DNA of 42,977 nt, taken from a plasmid. Below are positions 18,026 through 27,826 of the stretch, in pieces; position 1 is the first letter of the stretch, and each line of letters begins with the position of its first letter. The stretch is from the sequence record NZ_CP034394.1, one strand, 5' to 3'. The position numbers and the translations under genes were made by a program. The notes under the pieces were generated by a model. That model was not told the origin of the DNA. It saw only the letters and a program-made list of their open reading frames with translations, and ran no database searches.

Positions 18026-20320
18026 TCATTCCTCATTGTTTGATTCGTCAGTGAGCACCGGCAGCACGTCGCAGCGGCACTTCGGGTGAAGCGGCGGCCC
18101 GTCGCCGCCATCGTTGGGGAAGTTGTCGTCGAGATCCACGACCTCGCCATCCAGCGCCTGGCAGTCATCGCAGCAGTCGGCGCTGGCCGCCCACTGCTTC
18201 TGGGCGACCTGGCCCGAGGCACGATAGCCCTCCATGTTGCCGGCCACGTCCGCGAAGGCCGTTTCCGTGCGCGCGATCATCTCGGCGCGTTCCGGCGAAA
18301 AGCCATGGCTGTCTTCGATTTCCTGCGCCAGCCGCTCATTGCTCCAGCCTTCATCGATGGCCTGCGCCACCGTGGAGTTGAGCAGTTCGCGCGTGGATTC
18401 GTCGATCTGCCAGGACTCATTCGGATTGGGCTGGAGCGAGCCGTCGGCATCGCGCTTCATGCCGACCCACTCGGCCGCCCTATCCTTCGCCCAGGCGACG
18501 GCCTTCTCGTTCGTGAGGTTGACGATATCCTCGTCATCCTTCAGCCCGATCTGCGCCAGCGCCGCCGCGCCGCCGTCCTTAGTGAGCGCTTCGATCAACG
18601 GCTCGATCTCGCCCACCAGCACGACCCAGTCCTCGAAATTCAGCCGTTCCAGGATCGTGCGGATCTGGGAGGCGTCAACCTTGCCGACGACCTCGTCCTT
18701 CGCCGCGACGACCTGGGCGGCGATCTTCGGCGCCTGGTCTTTCAGGAAAGCAGCGACCTTGTCCTGCAGCTGGGCCTGCAGCGCCATGATGGATTTGCGT
18801 TCCCGGTCAATAGACCGGACGGCTTTTTTTGCCTTGGTGACCGCCTCCTTGCCGGTCGGGATGCTCTTGTCGTCTGGTTTCTCGGCCGCGCCGTGGTCAT
18901 GGCCAGCGTGCGGGTCCTCATCATCAGCCTCTGGGTCCACCGCCGTGGCGCCGAACGGCATCGGTGGCGGTGGTGGGTTGGCGGCCTGCTCCAGCGCATC
19001 GACCAGACGGATGACTCCGCTGGCAGTGAAGATGACAGGCTGATCGCCGCCCTCCACTGGCTCAAGCCCGTCGTGGGCCCGGGCCTCATTGATGGTCAGC
19101 GAACCGTTGCGGATCTTCTTGTCCTGGATGTCGGCCTGTTCCACCAGGTCCAGCGCCTCTTCCTCATCCCATGCATATTCCAGGTCAGGGAACTGGAAGA
19201 CCTGCACCACCACGTAATCCATGAGGCCCTTCACCCAGTTCATGATCGGGATCAGCCCCTCCTGCAGGGATTGTTCGTGCGCGGTGCCGGCGGTGGCGCG
19301 GTTCTGCTGCTTGACGAAGGGCGTCGGCGCGATCGAGAAGGCGAAGCAGACCACCCGGGCCAGCCATTCGTCGTACTCATCCTTCAGTGACTGGCTCTTG
19401 GTCTCGATGTACTTGACTCCGTCCGGGATGAACTTCAGATGCCGGCGCTCAGCGGTGTCCCCCTCCAGCAACCAGTCCCAATACTGCTGAAACTGCTTGA
19501 TCTGGTCAGGATTCCAGTTCGCCGGCACACTGGCCAGCGCCTCGGGGATGTTGCCCTCGGTGTAATACTGGAGCTGGTGCAGCTGCCGGCGCAGAGCAAT
19601 GTTCACCGTCATGATGACCTGCTCCACGGGCGAGTAGCCGTAGACCTTGTGCGTGCGGACGTTGCGCGGCCGGTAGATCAGTTCCTCGCGGGTGTAGTCA
19701 ACAGCCGGGACGCCCTTGAGGATCTGCTGATAGGCGACCTCGGGCGGCTGGGGCGTGCGGCCGTGCTCATCGAGCACGCGCTTGATCGTCGCGCCGTCGA
19801 TGGGCTCCAGAGCAAAGACGTCGCCGCCCAGCGTCGGGCGCACGTACAGCGTCGGCGCGTCGGTGACGAACAGCTCTTCCAGCAGCATCCGCAACCACTC
19901 GTCCCATGTGTGCTCCTTGTCCGGCATGGCCAGGAAGTCGCTCACCATCTTGCAGCGGTCATCAGGCTTGGCCTTCTTGTCGCGCGGGCGAATCTTCCAC
20001 TTCATCTTCGCCATCTGGTCCTTGCGCGTTTCGATCACCAGGCGCATGACGTCGTAGCCGTCGGCCAGCGCGCGCATCTGCGCAAAGCTGATGGGCTCAT
20101 TCTGGCGCGGCGTGGTCTGGACGTTGAAGCCGACCGGATAGTCGAACTGGCGCCCGACGACGCTCGGCTGCTCCTGCTGGCCGACGACGGGAGCCAGCGG
20201 CTGCATCGGCCCAAACCAGGCACTCTGGCCGGTGACGGCGTAGCGCACGCCCTCCACCACACGGCGCAGCAAGCCAGGCTCAACGGGGGTCGCGCTGGCG
20301 GCTCCTTTGGGGATAGCCAT
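18026..20320 (-). CDS. Portal protein fused to a C-terminal Mu-F/SPP1 gp7-like head morphogenesis domain.
   Basis: Portal-sized N-terminal region. The C-terminus carries the Phage_Mu_F hallmark (…ERAEMIARTETA… HPKCRCD). Confidence 0.75.
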   Translation of the reverse strand: MAIPKGAASATPVEPGLLRRVVEGVRYAVTGQSAWFGPMQPLAPVVGQQEQPSVVGRQFDYPVGFNVQTTPRQNEPISFAQMRALADGYDVMRLVIETRKDQMAKMKWKIRPRDKKAKPDDRCKMVSDFLAMPDKEHTWDEWLRMLLEELFVTDAPTLYVRPTLGGDVFALEPIDGATIKRVLDEHGRTPQPPEVAYQQILKGVPAVDYTREELIYRPRNVRTHKVYGYSPVEQVIMTVNIALRRQLHQLQYYTEGNIPEALASVPANWNPDQIKQFQQYWDWLLEGDTAERRHLKFIPDGVKYIETKSQSLKDEYDEWLARVVCFAFSIAPTPFVKQQNRATAGTAHEQSLQEGLIPIMNWVKGLMDYVVVQVFQFPDLEYAWDEEEALDLVEQADIQDKKIRNGSLTINEARAHDGLEPVEGGDQPVIFTASGVIRLVDALEQAANPPPPPMPFGATAVDPEADDEDPHAGHDHGAAEKPDDKSIPTGKEAVTKAKKAVRSIDRERKSIMALQAQLQDKVAAFLKDQAPKIAAQVVAAKDEVVGKVDASQIRTILERLNFEDWVVLVGEIEPLIEALTKDGGAAALAQIGLKDDEDIVNLTNEKAVAWAKDRAAEWVGMKRDADGSLQPNPNESWQIDESTRELLNSTVAQAIDEGWSNERLAQEIEDSHGFSPERAEMIARTETAFADVAGNMEGYRASGQVAQKQWAASADCCDDCQALDGEVVDLDDNFPNDGGDGPPLHPKCRCDVLPVLTDESNNEE

Positions 20321-20326
20321 AGCGTG

Positions 20327-20620
20327 TTACACCGCTGCGCCGGTGACCGGATTGCGCCAGGCCTTGCCATCCCATTTGATGGTGAGGCCAAGACTGGTGT
20401 CCAGGAAGGTCTGGCCGACCTTGGTCGGTACCGGGCGGCTGGTGGTGGTGCCGACGCCGGTATCGGACGAGGCGGTCCAGCCGTTCGCCTTCATCACGTC
20501 GGCCACATGGTCGGGCACGTCCACGGTGCCGCCAGCGGCGGCGGAGTAGACGACGCCGTTGATGGTCATGGGGTTGTAAAAGCCGGATGCCGGCGGGGAA
20601 AGGCGGTGTGTCATTTTCAT
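20327..20620 (-). CDS. Hypothetical small protein between terL and the portal gene.
   Basis: ATGA overlap with the terL stop, and a non-biased protein sequence. Confidence 0.45.
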   Translation of the reverse strand: MKMTHRLSPPASGFYNPMTINGVVYSAAAGGTVDVPDHVADVMKANGWTASSDTGVGTTTSRPVPTKVGQTFLDTSLGLTIKWDGKAWRNPVTGAAV

Positions 20621-22053
20621 GGTCCTGTCTGAGTTGCGGCCTTCTGTGCGGCCAATTGAGCGAGGTAATCCAACATCCCGAAGTTGTTATCGATGAACAC
20701 CGAGAAGGCCCGGGACAAGCCATCTACCTGGTCGTCGTGCGAGCCGTTGGGGAACATGCGCATTTCATCGATCAGGGCCTGGTTCCAGGGCGCGCGCAGC
20801 ATCAGCACATTGCCCACGTTCACCTGCGAGGCGAAGGGCTCGGCCCGGGTGACCTTGTCGCCCGATTCAGGCGATGACGAGACCGAGAAGCCGGCCAGCT
20901 TGCGGGTGAGGTCCAGCACCTGGGTCTTGCCTGCCTGGCCGGGGTCCTGCGGGATGCTGATCTTGGTCCCGGTACCGTCGCGCTCGGCGGTGTTCTTCAT
21001 GACCTTGTCGCGGTCATCTGGAGCCATGCGATCACGCACCATGTCGGCGATGATGTAGCGGCCGTCGGGCAGCTTGCCAAGCTTCGGACCTGCCGTGTAG
21101 TCACCATCGATGGCGGCGGCCAAGTCCCAGGCGCGCACCCACTCGACGACGCCGGCAGGGATTGCGTCCACCGTGACGAGGTTATCCGGCTTGAAGACGC
21201 CTCCCTCGGCGGGAGACGGGCGCTGCTGGTACTGGCCGGCGAACATGTAGGGCGCGGCGTTCTGCATGATGCGCAGGGCCTCGACCGTGTGCTTCGCCGG
21301 CCACAGGGCGGTACCGTCCTCCTGCAGCGCCGGGATCACGACGTTTTCCCAGGTCTCGCCGTTGCCACCCTTCAGCAGCCAGCCGGCCAGGTCATCTTCG
21401 TGCAGGCGCTGCATGATCAAGATGATCGGCGTCTCCGGGCCGTTCTTCCGGCTCTCCAGGGTGTTCTGGAACCAGTCGATTACGCCCTTCCGGATCACTT
21501 CCGACCTGGCCTCATCAGCCTTGTGCGGGTCGTCGATGATGATTGCGCCGCCGAAGCCTGGGCGCTGCTTGCCCGCGCCGTAGCCGGTGATCGTGCCGCC
21601 GTCGCCGACGGCATAGACGCATCCGCCGGCAGTCGTCTTCCAGTCGTCCTTCGCCTTGCTGTCGTGCCGCAGCACCAGTTCGGGGAAGATTTCGTGGTAC
21701 GCCTGGGAAAGCACCAGGTCGCGGGTCTGGAAAGCGTTCTTGGATGCCAGCTTGCCGCTGTAGCTGGTATGGATGAATTCCGAGTCGGGGACCTTACCCA
21801 GCGCCCAGGCCATGAAGTTGATGACGGCCAGCTCGGTCTTCGAGTAGCGCGGCGGCACGTTGATAATCAGGCGCTTGCACTCGCCGCGAAACACCCGCAT
21901 GAGGGCATCGCAGATGATCTTGTGATGCGGTGCGCGGTTCCAGATGAAGCCCTTGCGCTGCACGAACATCCAGCGCGAGAACTCGTAGAGATCGGCTCGG
22001 GCCAGCTGGGTAGCCACGAAGCGCTCTTCGGGGCTGTATGTGCGCATGGTCAA
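20617..22053 (-). CDS. terL: Terminase large subunit.
   Basis: ATPase motifs (…INVPPRYSKTE…), and RNaseH-like C-terminal nuclease motifs. ATGA overlap with terS. Confidence 0.9.
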   Translation of the reverse strand: MTMRTYSPEERFVATQLARADLYEFSRWMFVQRKGFIWNRAPHHKIICDALMRVFRGECKRLIINVPPRYSKTELAVINFMAWALGKVPDSEFIHTSYSGKLASKNAFQTRDLVLSQAYHEIFPELVLRHDSKAKDDWKTTAGGCVYAVGDGGTITGYGAGKQRPGFGGAIIIDDPHKADEARSEVIRKGVIDWFQNTLESRKNGPETPIILIMQRLHEDDLAGWLLKGGNGETWENVVIPALQEDGTALWPAKHTVEALRIMQNAAPYMFAGQYQQRPSPAEGGVFKPDNLVTVDAIPAGVVEWVRAWDLAAAIDGDYTAGPKLGKLPDGRYIIADMVRDRMAPDDRDKVMKNTAERDGTGTKISIPQDPGQAGKTQVLDLTRKLAGFSVSSSPESGDKVTRAEPFASQVNVGNVLMLRAPWNQALIDEMRMFPNGSHDDQVDGLSRAFSVFIDNNFGMLDYLAQLAAQKAATQTGP

Positions 22054-22769
22054 TACTCGTTCATGAGGGTCCGGGCGATTTCCTGGAACTGCTCAGGGGT
22101 CATCGTGGTGGTGACTGTCCGTTGCTGGATGGGACCGCCGCCCGGGGCGCTCAACTCCACCCGCTTGTTGAACATGCCGATGTGCTCGCCGACCTGCCGC
22201 AGCGCGACCTGCTGGTCCAGCAGCTTGGCCTCCAGGCCGTCCTTGCCGCGCTTCACGCCGGCGTAGATCGCCAGCGCCGCCGGGCTCAGGTTGCGGGTAT
22301 CGCTCACCAGCAGGCGACCGTGGCCATCGCCGAAGCATTCGGGGCAGTCCTTGCGCGGCGGGCGCTTCGGGTTGAAGCCGAAGCCACCGGCGCAGCTGGG
22401 CGTTTCCTTCTTCGCTTCGCGGGCCTCTTCCTGCTTGCGCTGGTATTCGCCCTTCGTCCACTGGTACTGGTGATCCTTGCCGTAGCAGTAGCGGCAGCAC
22501 TCGCGGACGTACTGGACAATCTCATTGGGGTCGGCGGTGGCCTGCTGCCACAGGCGGCTCAGCACCATGGAAGTGCTGATCTGCGTGCGCTCGGACAGGG
22601 CCGTCTTCGCCTCTTCCACCAGGGCCTTGATTTCAGGCTTCGCCAGCATCTGGCTGGCCTGGACCTTGGCGGTCTTGGCGCTGTAGCCGGCGCGCACTGC
22701 GGCCTTCGTGCCGTTCAGATCGACGAGGTATTCCTCGACGAAACGGCGGATCTTCGGCGTGATTTGCAT
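22050..22769 (-). CDS. terS: Terminase small subunit (Terminase_2-like N-terminus) with an internal Cys-rich zinc-finger-like insertion.
   Basis: N-terminal FVEEYLVDLNGTKAAVRAGYSAKTA motif. Internal CCRYCYG … CPECFGDG. Confidence 0.75.
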   Translation of the reverse strand: MQITPKIRRFVEEYLVDLNGTKAAVRAGYSAKTAKVQASQMLAKPEIKALVEEAKTALSERTQISTSMVLSRLWQQATADPNEIVQYVRECCRYCYGKDHQYQWTKGEYQRKQEEAREAKKETPSCAGGFGFNPKRPPRKDCPECFGDGHGRLLVSDTRNLSPAALAIYAGVKRGKDGLEAKLLDQQVALRQVGEHIGMFNKRVELSAPGGGPIQQRTVTTTMTPEQFQEIARTLMNEY

Positions 22770-22790
22770 GGCGGGCTACAGCGTGGGGGA

Positions 22791-22816
22791 ATAAAAAAGC
22801 CACCCGAGGGGTGGCA
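22791..22816 (-). terminator. Intrinsic terminator (GCCACCC-GAG-GGGTGGC with a U6 run) about 25-45 nt upstream of the terS start.
   Basis: Read from the sequence. It is in the tR'-like position ahead of the late operon. Confidence 0.55.
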
Positions 22817-22864
22817 AGTCCGTGTTCAACGGAAGGAGACAGCTGCGAAACTGGGGGAGGAAAT

Positions 22865-22900
22865 GAAAAAGCCCGGCGCTGCTAGGGAGCGGCCGGGCTT
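22865..22900 (-). terminator. Second terminator-like hairpin (8-bp GC stem, 14-nt loop, U5 run) directly downstream of gene 22986..23603.
   Basis: Read from the sequence. Confidence 0.4.
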
Positions 22901-22985
22901 TGGACGTAGTTATGAGACTACTGAATTGGCAGCAATATTAGGCATGTTTCGCTGAATTTGCAACCTGTTGCAGGCCTGCAAGTGG

Positions 22986-23603
22986 TCAGCCCACAACTGC
23001 ACGGTCGCGCAACAGCTCTTCGATCTGCATCAGCGCCAGGCTTTCGAGGCCGGGCTCAGCCGGCACATATTCGTTCTTCACCTTCCGCGCCGGGCGGCCC
23101 GCGAAGAGGACATTCACCTTCCCGGCGTGCGCGCTGACCGTGTTGCGGTCGATATCGTGATCCTTGGCGATGGATTCGATGGTCCGGCGCAGCTTCTTGT
23201 GCGTGAAGTAGCGGACCACGTACTCGGTGCGCAAGATGCCGTTGGTGGTGCAGCCGGCCAGCGCCGTGGTGCGCACATAGTCGGCCAGGTAGCCGATGGC
23301 CTCCACCCATTCCCGATTCAGCTTGCTGCCCGAGCAGCACGGTGCCTTGCACTCGCAGGGGCGATCACGCGGCGCCGTGCGCGCGATCAGAACAGCTTCG
23401 CTGACCTTGCCCAGCTTCTTGACCTGCGACCGGATCATGCCAGCCTGGCCAATGGCGTCCAGCCCGGCCATGCCCCCCTTCCCCACGGTGGGCGCGGCCA
23501 GGCGGTTCATCATGGGCCGGTCGATAGTCTGGCCGGCGTGGTTGAAAGCAAAGACCAGCGCTTGGTAGCCGTCCTTGAACAGCGTGGGTTCTGCCATGTT
23601 CAT
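22986..23603 (-). CDS. Hypothetical Cys-cluster protein (CECKAPCCSG), a candidate late-gene regulator or Q-like antiterminator.
   Basis: Last early gene, lying directly upstream of the tandem terminators and the late operon. It carries a 4-Cys metal-binding motif. The functional call rests on position only. Confidence 0.3.
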   Translation of the reverse strand: MNMAEPTLFKDGYQALVFAFNHAGQTIDRPMMNRLAAPTVGKGGMAGLDAIGQAGMIRSQVKKLGKVSEAVLIARTAPRDRPCECKAPCCSGSKLNREWVEAIGYLADYVRTTALAGCTTNGILRTEYVVRYFTHKKLRRTIESIAKDHDIDRNTVSAHAGKVNVLFAGRPARKVKNEYVPAEPGLESLALMQIEELLRDRAVVG

Positions 23604-23642
23604 GATTCGTATCCCCTCAACAAAAAATCTTGTGCCGCTCCC

Positions 23643-24131
23643 TCAAGCGGCGATGTCTCCGAACAGCCCAGCCTGCGGCTGCTCCACGCCCAGCGGCGTG
23701 ATGGTGAGCACCACGCGCGCGCCCTCGGCGTCAGGTTCCATGCGCTCGGCCACGATCCGGCGCACCCACTTGTCGTCCTCGATGGCCACGCCCTTGAGGG
23801 CGTCCAGCAACACCTTGTTGGCGTTGTCCAGGTCGATGCAGCGGACGGTGTCGTCCCAGGATGCGCCCGCCTGGCGCTGGCGCTTCTGCCAGTCCTGCGG
23901 CCGGGCCGGATAGAGGCGAACGTCGATCTGCACGCGGCCGGTGATCGGCTCGCGCACGCCTGCGCCGCGCACCTTCCAGCCCACGGCGGTCTTGTAGGCC
24001 TCGGCCTCCTTGGTAACGTAGGTGATGGCCATGGCTGGCTTGCCGGTGCTGCGATTGGCCGGGATGATGCGCGTGGCCCAGTAGGCGTTCGCGGACACGG
24101 GATACGGGAGGATCAGGGTGATGGGCGTCAT
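23643..24131 (-). CDS. rusA: RusA-family Holliday junction resolvase.
   Basis: Motifs LPYPVSANAYW and IDLDNANKVLLDAL. Confidence 0.85.
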   Translation of the reverse strand: MTPITLILPYPVSANAYWATRIIPANRSTGKPAMAITYVTKEAEAYKTAVGWKVRGAGVREPITGRVQIDVRLYPARPQDWQKRQRQAGASWDDTVRCIDLDNANKVLLDALKGVAIEDDKWVRRIVAERMEPDAEGARVVLTITPLGVEQPQAGLFGDIAA

Positions 24132-24190
24132 GTTTTCGATTTATCGAAATTTCGAAAGGCCCGGCCAGTGCCGGGCATGAAAGACAGGCG

Positions 24191-24739
24191 TCAGGTGATC
24201 AGAACTTCGCCGTCGTGATTCACGACGAGCTGCTCGCCCGGCTGGAAGCGGTAGGTACCGGCCCCCTTGCAGATCAGGTAGCAGCGGTCATTCTCATGGG
24301 TCACGGCAAAGCCCTTGTAATCGAAAGACCAGGGCATACCATTGACGATATTTCCCTCGCGGCCTTCTGCCTTGCACTGGGCTATGCCGTGTTCCACCAG
24401 CTGATCGAAGCTGACGCCTTGCAACGGCTTCTTCTCATACAGGCGCTGCTTCAGTGCGTAGCCCATCAGTTCCCACAGCTCGCTGCGTGCGTTGTCGACG
24501 GCCACCTTCTCGCCGATTTCCCAGTTGTCGTTCTCGGCGCTAACCGATGCGGATGGCTTGCCCGTGACAGCAAAACCGTTCTGCGTGGTCAGGACAGCCC
24601 AGCGCAGGATCTGGCCGGAATGGGCCACATGCTTGACGATTTCCACATGGGCGATGTTGCCCTCCAGATCGGCGAGAGAGACTCGCGGCGCGGACAGGCC
24701 CTTGGCCTGGACTTGTTGCTCAATTGCTTGGTCGTTCAT
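24191..24739 (-). CDS. Hypothetical protein, 182 aa.
   Basis: ORF with non-biased sequence in the early-left operon. A terminator-like hairpin plus a TTCGAA-rich palindrome element follow its stop. Confidence 0.45.
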   Translation of the reverse strand: MNDQAIEQQVQAKGLSAPRVSLADLEGNIAHVEIVKHVAHSGQILRWAVLTTQNGFAVTGKPSASVSAENDNWEIGEKVAVDNARSELWELMGYALKQRLYEKKPLQGVSFDQLVEHGIAQCKAEGREGNIVNGMPWSFDYKGFAVTHENDRCYLICKGAGTYRFQPGEQLVVNHDGEVLIT

Positions 24740-24772
24740 TGCTGCTCCTGTGGTTGGTGGTGCGTAGAAAAA

Positions 24773-24991
24773 TCAATGCCCGCACGGCAGCGAGCCGTCG
24801 GGTTGAGTCCGTGCGCCGCAGCTGATGCAGGTCAGCGGGCCGCCGTTGAGAATGGAGCGCCCGAACGTGCTCAGGCGCGCCGGCAGCACGTTGTTGAAGT
24901 AGTGATTCAGCTCAATGCGCAGGTCGTTGGCATTGGTGTTCGGCGTGCGCTCACTCGCAACAAAAGGTCGAAGGCGAGCGCGCGCTTTCAT
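24773..24991 (-). CDS. Hypothetical small protein with a C-terminal zinc-ribbon-like motif (CISCG…PCGH).
   Basis: ORF track entry whose stop/start overlaps the upstream gene. Confidence 0.3.
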   Translation of the reverse strand: MKARARLRPFVASERTPNTNANDLRIELNHYFNNVLPARLSTFGRSILNGGPLTCISCGARTQPDGSLPCGH

Positions 24992-25737
24992 TGCTCACCG
25001 CCTTCCTGCGCCAGCGCGGCCTGGGCCGCGAACATGGCCTGGAGCTCGCGCTCGGCCACCTGGTAGAAGGTCGATTCGATCCAGCCCTCGCTGCTGGACA
25101 CGGTCTGAATGCCCATCGGCGTGCGGTTCGTCAGCTCGCAATACTTGAGCACCAGCGTGCTGCTGGGCTCCTTCGCCACCGCTGGCGCAGGAATGGCGAT
25201 GATCGGCTTGCCCAGGCTCCACAGGAACATGCAGAAGTTCGCCACGTCGCGCGGGTCTCCCTTCTCGACGTGCTGGCGCAGCATCACCGACAGCTCCACC
25301 GGGTCGCATTGCTCCCAACCGACCCGCCCCTTGTCGCGCGCCTGCGCCAGCTTTTGCTTCATCACCGTAGCGAAGAGGTCCACCGCTACGTCATCAGGAT
25401 GTTGCCAGGCGCCTGCAGCAGCAAGTTGAGCGATATGTTCCATGCGCCGGGAGAACTGCTCAGCAGACTCGCCAGGCCACGGCAGCATGCTCTTCGGCTG
25501 GGCCTGGGCTGGCACCTGCGCGGCGTCCTCAAGTTGGCCGCCGTCGTCATCGTCTGGACCATCATCAACGTCACAGAAGATGCTGCGGGTGCCGTCAGCG
25601 TTAAGCAGGATGGGCTTGCCGTTGTCTTTGAACGTGGTGGCGCTGTAGCGTAGGCCGGTGGTTTGTGGCGCAGCATAGGGCCGCGCCTCGGCCTCACTGG
25701 TCTCCAGCGGCATTTCGTTTTCATTGCTTCGCATCAC
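24988..25737 (-). CDS. Hypothetical protein, 249 aa, with an acidic DDGPDDDDGG tract.
   Basis: ORF track entry with non-biased composition in the C-terminal two thirds. Confidence 0.45.
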   Translation of the reverse strand: MMRSNENEMPLETSEAEARPYAAPQTTGLRYSATTFKDNGKPILLNADGTRSIFCDVDDGPDDDDGGQLEDAAQVPAQAQPKSMLPWPGESAEQFSRRMEHIAQLAAAGAWQHPDDVAVDLFATVMKQKLAQARDKGRVGWEQCDPVELSVMLRQHVEKGDPRDVANFCMFLWSLGKPIIAIPAPAVAKEPSSTLVLKYCELTNRTPMGIQTVSSSEGWIESTFYQVAERELQAMFAAQAALAQEGGEQ

Positions 25738-25903
25738 TTCTCTCCTTCCGCATTGCGGTCAAAATTTCATCCCGGGTCGGTGCGCCCGGTACTCTGTCGA
25801 TGGCGGCCAACATGACGTTGGCCAGGTCTTGCCGTGGTGCAGTGGACCGAACCAGGCGGATGCAGTCGTTAAGTTTCGTTAAGTCAACTTTCCCCGCCGA
25901 CAT
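25721..25903 (-). CDS. Hypothetical small protein, 60 aa.
   Basis: ORF in a gene-dense early operon. Support is weak. Confidence 0.25.
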   Translation of the reverse strand: MSAGKVDLTKLNDCIRLVRSTAPRQDLANVMLAAIDRVPGAPTRDEILTAMRKERSDAKQ

Positions 25904-25930
25904 GGTCCGGAATCCCCTTCAATCGGCCGC

Positions 25931-26185
25931 TCAGGGGCAGCAGAACTGGCCGCCGCAGTAGCGCTTGCCGCCGGCGAAGTTGGGTTCGCCGTACTCGCCG
26001 CATCCCTCGCAGGGGACGTGGTCGAGTTCGTCGTCGTGGTCGCGGATGGGATAGGCGCTGATCTGGCGGATGCGCTCATTGCGCACGAAGCGCGCACTTT
26101 CCTTCTTGCCGTAGTGCGGGCGATATCGGCCATGGTTGTTGCGGATGGTGTAGACGGCGCCGGATGGCGTGCGGTATGTGGGCAT
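25931..26185 (-). CDS. Hypothetical Cys-rich small protein (C-terminus CEGCGEYG…CGGQFCCP). The start is trimmed to MPTYRTPSG with an AAGGAG SD.
   Basis: Strong SD at correct spacing. It has a zinc-ribbon-like Cys pattern. Confidence 0.45.
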   Translation of the reverse strand: MPTYRTPSGAVYTIRNNHGRYRPHYGKKESARFVRNERIRQISAYPIRDHDDELDHVPCEGCGEYGEPNFAGGKRYCGGQFCCP

Positions 26186-26231
26186 GCTGACTTCTCCTTT
26201 TTCGCCCCGAAATGAGGCTGTTCTGTGGTGG

Positions 26232-26665
26232 TTACGCGGCCTGCGGCGCGGCGAACTGCACGCGCTGCATGGGATCGTGCGCGGCAAGCTGTTGCGGCGT
26301 CACGGGCAGGCTGGGCTGCAGCGAACCGCGCGCCGACTGGTCGATGAAGTTCTCCAGGCGCCGCAGCCAGTTCGTGACGTTGCCGTCGGTCTCGGGGTTG
26401 AACAGCAGGTCGCTACGCTGGTTGAGCACGATGTCCTTCTGGATCAGCCGATAGACGCGCTCCCAGCGCTCGGTGCCGTACCAAGCGCGGATGCCACGGC
26501 AAACGGTCAGCAGCCATTCCAGGCGCTTCAACTCCAGGGTGATGCGCGCCCAGTTCGTGGCCTCGGTACCGAAGTGGTAGGTGCAGTACCAGTTCGCTCC
26601 ACCGCTGGACGCGGTAGCGGCGCAGGGGCAACCGTACGCTGCGCACTGGCTGCGGTTGGTGTCGC

Positions 26666-26669
<4 letters not shown>
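26232..26669 (-). CDS. Hypothetical protein with an N-terminal Cys/His cluster (CAAYGCPC…WYCTYH).
   Basis: ATGA overlap with the replication gene stop. Confidence 0.45.

Positions 26670-27822
<1,153 letters not shown>

Positions 27823-27826
<4 letters not shown>

Noticed and set aside
16723-18222. N-terminal extensions of several ORF-track entries (16723..18222; also 26666..28228, 7039..7800, 14630..15187, 37504..38208, 37911..40430 and 34847..35914).
   Set aside because: The upstream segments are compositionally biased read-through across the preceding gene. Internal ATGs with SD sequences or ATGA/TAATG overlaps give the biologically sensible starts.
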